A stretch of 11,069 nucleotides of DNA, from the IMG/VR virus record IMGVR_UViG_2711768070_000020; one strand, written 5' to 3'. The notes under the pieces were generated by a model. It was not told the DNA's origin. It made no database searches and saw only the letters and a program-made list of their open reading frames with translations. Made by a program: the position numbers and the translations under genes. Of this stretch, positions 6,500-11,069 are shown one piece after another; the stretch's first letter is position 1; every line of letters starts with the position of its first letter. The stretch comes from a virus (lineage: Duplodnaviria > Heunggongvirae > Uroviricota > Caudoviricetes).

Positions 6500-7711
6500 A
6501 TGTGGCCTTTCAGAAGAAAAAAAGAGCAGCGCAGCATGACGCTTGATGAGTTTATGGCGCTGGCTGGCACATCGAACACGGGGGCGGGTGAGTACGTATC
6601 ATCGGGGACAGCGGAATCACTGCCCGCCGTCATGAACGCCGTCACGGTCATCTCTGAGGCGGTGGCTACCATGCCGTGTTACCTGTACCTGGTACGCAAT
6701 GAGAAGGGGAAGGAGGCCCGAGAGTGGCTTGATTCTCATCCGGTCGATCACATCCTCAACGAGCGCCCGAACGCATGGCAAACCCCCTACCAGTTTAAGC
6801 GAATGATGATCCGCCACTGCCTGTTAAACGGTAATGCTTATGCGGTGATTCGGTGGGGGCGTGATGGTTTTCCGGTGGCTTTACATCCTTACCCGCCGCA
6901 GTCGGTGAACGTGGAGCAGACAGGTGAGCATAACTGGCGCTACTGCATCACTGACGCCTACACCGGAAACACCCGCAACTATTTACCGTGGGAGGTTCTC
7001 CACCTTCGTTACTCCACGGATGACGGTTTTATGGGGCGCTCACCTGTAACCATCTGCCGCGAATCGCTGGGGCTTGGGCTGGCCCAACAACGCCACGGCG
7101 CGAGCGTGATGCGTGATGGCATGATGGCGGCAGGGGTTATCACGTCAGGCGAGTGGCTGGACGGCGTGAAGGGTAAACAGGCATTAGCCGCACTGGAACG
7201 CTACAAAGGGGCCAGAAACGCCGGAAAAACGCCCATCCTTGAAGGGGGTATGAGCTATCAGCAGCTGGGCATGAGTAATCAGGATGCTGAATGGCTGGCC
7301 TCCCGTCGCTTCACCATTGAAGACATCGCCCGAATGTTCAACGTCTCGCCGATTTTTTTGCAGGAATACAGCAACAGCACCTACAGCAATTTCAGCGAGG
7401 CAAGCCGCGCATTTCTCACCATGACGATGCGCCCGTGGCTGGCGAACTTTGAGCAGCAGATAAAAAACGCCCTGCTGGTGGCCTCGCCTGTACCTGGTAT
7501 CCGGTATCAGGTGGAGTTTGACAGCGCGGACCTGTTACGGGCCACACCTGGCGAACGCTTTGCCACCTATGAACGCGGCATCAAATCCGGCGTTATGTGC
7601 CCGAACGAAGCCCGCGAACGTGAAGGGCTGTCCCCGCGTGATGGTGGTGATGAGTTCAGCCAGGCATGGAAACAGGAAGTAAAAATCAGCGAGGGAGAAA
7701 AACCGGAATGA
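6500..7711 (+). CDS. HK97-family portal protein (403 aa; possible alternative start at ATG 6536)
   Basis: ~400-aa ORF starting 2 nt after the protease stop. Size, position and pattern (NAVTVISEAVATMP..., NGNAYAVIRW, RMFNVSPIFLQEYSNSTYSNF) fit phage portal proteins. Confidence 0.8.
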   Translation: MWPFRRKKEQRSMTLDEFMALAGTSNTGAGEYVSSGTAESLPAVMNAVTVISEAVATMPCYLYLVRNEKGKEAREWLDSHPVDHILNERPNAWQTPYQFKRMMIRHCLLNGNAYAVIRWGRDGFPVALHPYPPQSVNVEQTGEHNWRYCITDAYTGNTRNYLPWEVLHLRYSTDDGFMGRSPVTICRESLGLGLAQQRHGASVMRDGMMAAGVITSGEWLDGVKGKQALAALERYKGARNAGKTPILEGGMSYQQLGMSNQDAEWLASRRFTIEDIARMFNVSPIFLQEYSNSTYSNFSEASRAFLTMTMRPWLANFEQQIKNALLVASPVPGIRYQVEFDSADLLRATPGERFATYERGIKSGVMCPNEAREREGLSPRDGGDEFSQAWKQEVKISEGEKPE

Positions 7712-8046
7712 ACATAGGGCGACTGCGTGACAGGATAACGATTCAGACCCTGAAACAGACCAGGGATATAACCGGCGAAATACTCGAAACGTGGGTGGAC
7801 GGTCACACACTCTGGGCAAGCGTGAACATGATCAGCAGCAAGGAGGCCATTTCATCGGGTGCAGAACTGGCGACTGGAACGGTAAGGATATGGATACGCT
7901 ACAGGAAGGACATCAACGCCACCAGCCGGATAAAGGTCAATACGGGGCCGCTGGCGGGGCGTGTACTGAATATCATCGGGCAGCCGCTGCCGGATGCCGC
8001 CAGGACACGCCTTGAAATTCTTTGTCGTGAGGGCGCGGAAAAATGA
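7708..8046 (+). CDS. Phage head-closure / head-tail joining protein (SPP1 gp16-like family, 112 aa)
   Basis: ATG at 7708 overlaps the portal TGA (ATGA at 7708-7711); ORF track opens further upstream at 7666. MNIGRLRDRITIQ...TRDITGEILETW...WASV...RIWIRYRKDI...LNIIG matches the characteristic pattern of head-closure proteins. Confidence 0.75.
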   Translation: MNIGRLRDRITIQTLKQTRDITGEILETWVDGHTLWASVNMISSKEAISSGAELATGTVRIWIRYRKDINATSRIKVNTGPLAGRVLNIIGQPLPDAARTRLEILCREGAEK

Positions 8047-8339
8047 CAGAAGAACTTATCACCCTGGAAGAAGTGAAACTCCATTGCCGCATCGATGGCG
8101 ACGAGGAAGACCAGTTAATCAGCGGATACATCGCCGCATCGCTTGAGGCGTGCCAGATACACATAGGCAGGCGCTTTGATGACGGGCTGGAGTTCACGCC
8201 AGCCATAAAGATTGGCTGCATGATGTTTATCGCTCACCTGTATGAAAATCGCCAGATTGTCGCGGATAACGCAAAAACACGCGTACCCATGACGATTGGT
8301 GCACTCTGGACGGCTTACCGTGATGTGGGGGTGTACTGA
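8043..8339 (+). CDS. Head-tail connector protein (gp6-like, 98 aa)
   Basis: ATGA overlap with the upstream gene. The N-terminus ITLEEVKLHCRIDGDEEDQLISGYIAASLEA matches the typical gp6-like connector pattern. Confidence 0.75.
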   Translation: MTEELITLEEVKLHCRIDGDEEDQLISGYIAASLEACQIHIGRRFDDGLEFTPAIKIGCMMFIAHLYENRQIVADNAKTRVPMTIGALWTAYRDVGVY

Positions 8340-8779
8340 TGCCGTGGCAACCATTAAGACGATGCACAGAACCAGGCTGTAACAGGCGCGTGGAGTCCGG
8401 CAAGTGTGAGGAGCACAGGCGGGCGGCATGGCGTGCAGAGGATGCCAGACGAGGACACCGCCGCGCGCGTGGGTACTCCAGACAGTGGGACAAATACCGC
8501 GCCATGTATCTGAGTAAAAACCCGTTATGCGTGCGATGCCTTGAGAAGGGGATATATACGCCCGCCGTGGTGGTGGATCACATTATCCCGATTAATGGCG
8601 GTGATGATGTTCTCTTCTGGCCCGAATGGAACCATCAGCCATTGTGCCAGGCGTGCCATAACCAGAAAACGAAATGGCTTGATCCGGCAACAAAAAGCAA
8701 GCGTGCCGCAGGTGGATTTCGTGAAGAGGAAGAACGGGCCGCTAACCGCAATAACTGGATGTATGACGCTGATGAATGA
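8339..8779 (+). CDS. Phage-associated HNH endonuclease (146 aa), packaging-associated
   Basis: Start overlaps the connector stop by 1 nt. Cys-rich with an HNH core (CVRCLEKG...VVDHIIPINGGDD...NHQPLCQACHNQKT). Located immediately upstream of terS/terL, as in HK97-like cos packaging modules. Confidence 0.85.
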   Translation: MPWQPLRRCTEPGCNRRVESGKCEEHRRAAWRAEDARRGHRRARGYSRQWDKYRAMYLSKNPLCVRCLEKGIYTPAVVVDHIIPINGGDDVLFWPEWNHQPLCQACHNQKTKWLDPATKSKRAAGGFREEEERAANRNNWMYDADE

Positions 8780-8945
8780 GCGGGAACAAAACCGCCTTAT
8801 CCGTGGACTTATAAGGCAGCGTGACGCATGGAAGACACAGGAAACAGGGCATAAAGATAAAGCGTCAGGACGCGCAGAACGCATCACAGCGAAGCGATTA
8901 ACCGACCGTGACTGCGAGGTTATGGAATGTTTCCGCAATCGCTGA
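8763..8945 (+). CDS. Possible small basic protein (60 aa) overlapping the 3' end of the HNH gene
   Basis: Downstream part of six-frame ORF 8541..8945, taken from ATG 8763 (alternative ATG 8772). Fills the space between HNH and the putative cos region. No RBS or family support; could be non-coding. Confidence 0.25.
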   Translation: MTLMNEREQNRLIRGLIRQRDAWKTQETGHKDKASGRAERITAKRLTDRDCEVMECFRNR

Positions 8946-9067
8946 TGAGGCTGTATGACGGGGTGGGGGGCGTTTTCAGGACAAACCCGCCCCCGCCGGG
9001 CACCGAACGCCTCCTCAAATTTTTATGCACGGGAATTTTTTGAAAAATAATCTGACGAAAAATAAAC
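8946..9067. other. Putative cos/packaging-initiation region: GC-rich dyad followed by an AT-rich tract upstream of terS
   Basis: G-run ACGGGGTGGGGGGCG (~8958-8972) and C-run CCCGCCCCCGCCGGG (8986-9000) contain a 7-bp dyad GGGGGCG/CGCCCCC (8966-8972 / 8988-8994). This is followed by A/T-rich AAATTTTTATGCACGGGAATTTTTTGAAAAATAATCTGACGAAAAATAAACA. Lies between HNH and terS, where cos sites are found in HNH-terminase systems. Confidence 0.45.
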
Positions 9068-9424
9068 ATGGCAAGACCACCGAAAGCCCCCGCCTACCTT
9101 GATGACATCGCCGTAAAGCAGTGGCGGGAAAAATCGCGCCAGCTTGCGGAACGGGGAGACCTCACCCCCGCCGACTGGAGTAATCTCGAACTGTATTGCG
9201 TCAACTACTCGATATACAGGAAAGCCGTCGCAGACCTTGCGGCACGCGGGTTCAGCATTGTTAACAGTCAGGGCGGAGAGAGCAGAAACCCCGCATTAAG
9301 CGCGAAATCCGACGCTGAAAGAGTGATGATAAAAATGGCCTCCTTGCTTGGTTTTGACCCGATAAGCCGCCGTAAAAATCCACCGGAAACAGAAGAAGAG
9401 GACGAGCTTGACCACCTGGAATAA
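9068..9424 (+). CDS. terS: Terminase small subunit, P27 family (118 aa)
   Basis: MARPPKAPAYLDD...W...LAERGDLTPADWSNLELYCVNYSIYRKA...SAKSDAERVMIKMASLLGFDPISRRK follows the characteristic P27-family TerS pattern. Directly upstream of terL. Confidence 0.85.
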   Translation: MARPPKAPAYLDDIAVKQWREKSRQLAERGDLTPADWSNLELYCVNYSIYRKAVADLAARGFSIVNSQGGESRNPALSAKSDAERVMIKMASLLGFDPISRRKNPPETEEEDELDHLE

Positions 9425-11069
9425 GTACGCAGAAGACGTAAAAACGGGCAAAATTCCGGCCTGTAAACGGTTAAAACAGGCCGTTAAACGGTACTTTTCG
9501 GACCTTAAAAGTCCCCTTTACACGTTCGATAGTGAGGTTGTGGAGCGGTTTATTGCCTTTTCAAGGGTGTGCCCGCACGTAAAAGGGCCGTTGCGTGGCA
9601 GACCCATTGAGCTGGAGCCGTGGCAGCAGTTCGCCTTTGCGTGCATCCTGGGTTTTAAGGTTAAGGCCACCGGACGGCGCAAATACTCGAGCGCTTTTAT
9701 CGAAGTACCGCGAAAAAATGCGAAATCCACGACCGCCGCGATTCTGGCTGACTGGTTTCTGATTATGGAGAACGGGCAGCAGGATATTTACACCGCAGCG
9801 GTGAGCCGTGACCAGGCACGGATCGTGTTTGATGATGCGCGTCAGATGTGCCTTTTATCCCGACCGTTACGCAGGCGGGTGAATATTCAGGCCCACAAGG
9901 TGATACACCCGAAAACCAACAGCCTGTTAAAGCCGCTGGCAGCAAAAGCGGCAACCATCGAGGGGACAAACCCGAGTCTTGCCATTGTGGACGAATATCA
10001 CCTGCACCCCGATAACGGCGTTTATTCCGCGCTTGAGCTGGGGATGGGTGCACGTCCCGAAGGGCTGTTATTTGCCATTACCACATCGGGAAGTAACGTC
10101 GTTTCAGCCTGTAAGCAGCACTATGATTATTGCTGCCAGATCCTGGACGGCGAAGAGGTCAACGAATCGCTTTTTGTGCTGATTTACGAGCTGGACGATG
10201 AAAACGAGGTTGACGATCCGGCGATGTGGATAAAGGCGAATCCCAATATCGATGTTTCCGTTGATCGTGAAAAACTGGCCTCAACCATCCAGAAAGCGCG
10301 GGGTATTCCGTCGCAGTGGGTGGAGATGATGACAAAGCGGTTTAACATCTGGTGCCAGGGGGCCACCCCGTGGATGGGTAACGGGGCGTGGGCTGAGTGT
10401 GCCGGAACGTTCACAGAGGAAGATTTACACGGCCAGGAATGTTACGCGGGGCTTGATTTGTCATCCACAAGCGACATTTCCAGCGTGTGCTATGCCTTTC
10501 CGGTCGGCAAAAAAATTATGCTGCTTTCCCGTCACTATCTGCCGGAATTTCAGCTACAGAACCCCGCCAACAAGAACCGGGCCATTTATCGCCAGTGGGC
10601 TAAATCGGGCTGGTTGCGGATAACGCCGGGCGACTGCATTGATTACGACCGGATCCGCGATGACATCATGGAGGACGCGGAAAAATTTGATATCAGGCTG
10701 GTGGGCTTTGATACGTGGAACGCCACGCATCTCAGGACGCAATTACAGGGGGCAGGGTTTGAGGTTGAGCCGTTCCCGCAAACCTATCTGAGATTCAGTC
10801 CGGCGGCGAAATCGTTCGAAGTTTTTGTTAACCGCAGGGTGATAGTCCATCGTGATGATCCGGTGTTGTCGTGGTCGATGAGTAACGTCGTGATGCAGAG
10901 TGACGCGAACGCCAATATCAAGCCAAACAAGAAAAAATCACCGAACAAGATAGACCCGAGCGTGGCGGCACTGATGGCGTTTGGCACATTCCAGGCAGAG
11001 CATGAAGATTTTGCTTTTGATATAAGCGACAGCCACCGCGAAAAACTGGAAGAATTTAACGGGGTGTGA
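9408..11069 (+). CDS. terL: Terminase large subunit (Terminase_1/HK97-like, 553 aa); apparent TTG start overlapping terS by 17 nt
   Basis: Walker A-like PRKNAKSTTAA, Walker B-like IVDEYH, and a C-terminal nuclease-like region. N-terminus TTWNKYAEDVKTGKIPACKRLKQAVKRYFSDL is typical of TerL. First in-frame start is TTG at 9408 with GAGGAC 5 nt upstream. Stop TGA at 11067-11069 is the last triplet of the window. Confidence 0.9.
   Translation: MTTWNKYAEDVKTGKIPACKRLKQAVKRYFSDLKSPLYTFDSEVVERFIAFSRVCPHVKGPLRGRPIELEPWQQFAFACILGFKVKATGRRKYSSAFIEVPRKNAKSTTAAILADWFLIMENGQQDIYTAAVSRDQARIVFDDARQMCLLSRPLRRRVNIQAHKVIHPKTNSLLKPLAAKAATIEGTNPSLAIVDEYHLHPDNGVYSALELGMGARPEGLLFAITTSGSNVVSACKQHYDYCCQILDGEEVNESLFVLIYELDDENEVDDPAMWIKANPNIDVSVDREKLASTIQKARGIPSQWVEMMTKRFNIWCQGATPWMGNGAWAECAGTFTEEDLHGQECYAGLDLSSTSDISSVCYAFPVGKKIMLLSRHYLPEFQLQNPANKNRAIYRQWAKSGWLRITPGDCIDYDRIRDDIMEDAEKFDIRLVGFDTWNATHLRTQLQGAGFEVEPFPQTYLRFSPAAKSFEVFVNRRVIVHRDDPVLSWSMSNVVMQSDANANIKPNKKKSPNKIDPSVAALMAFGTFQAEHEDFAFDISDSHREKLEEFNGV

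Noticed and set aside
8541-8762. Upstream part of + strand ORF 8541..8945 in an alternative frame over the HNH gene
   Set aside because: It lies fully inside the HNH coding region, whose HNH motif confirms the other frame. Only the portion after the HNH stop region is kept as a low-confidence feature.
4966-10987. Reverse-strand and alternative-frame ORFs within the capsid-to-terL module (e.g. 5250..5570 -, 6193..6438 -, 7791..8015 +, 8115..8429 -, 8525..8938 -, 9763..10053 -)
   Set aside because: They overlap confidently assigned structural genes, which leave no intergenic space, and have no recognisable motifs. Likely shadow ORFs.
1-11069. Integrase, att sites, tRNA genes, tail or lysis genes
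   Set aside because: None detected in the window. Their absence here cannot be generalised because both ends of the element lie outside the window.

Overview
All supportable genes in this window are on the + strand and are tightly packed, often with overlapping stop/start codons. The window reads as the replication and packaging half of a phage satellite, most consistent with a capsid-forming phage-inducible chromosomal island (cf-PICI)-like element in an enterobacterial-type genome. From 5' to 3': (i) a slightly AT-richer segment with two small unknown ORFs; (ii) a 710-aa primase/helicase-type replication protein followed directly by 11 copies of the 9-mer TAACCCGCA in both orientations plus an AT tract, a classic iteron origin; (iii) four small genes, including a clear SSB homologue ending in DDIPF and a tentative PerC-like regulator; (iv) an intergenic region with a terminator and a perfect 11-bp inverted repeat; (v) a complete HK97-type head and packaging module in the order major capsid protein, prohead protease, portal, head-closure protein, head-tail connector, HNH endonuclease, GC-rich putative cos region, small terminase (P27 family) and large terminase. 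No tail, lysis, integrase, tRNA or CRISPR features are visible. The window ends exactly at the terL stop, so the absence of tail genes downstream is not proven. All family assignments come from reading the translated ORFs against remembered family signatures; no database search was run.
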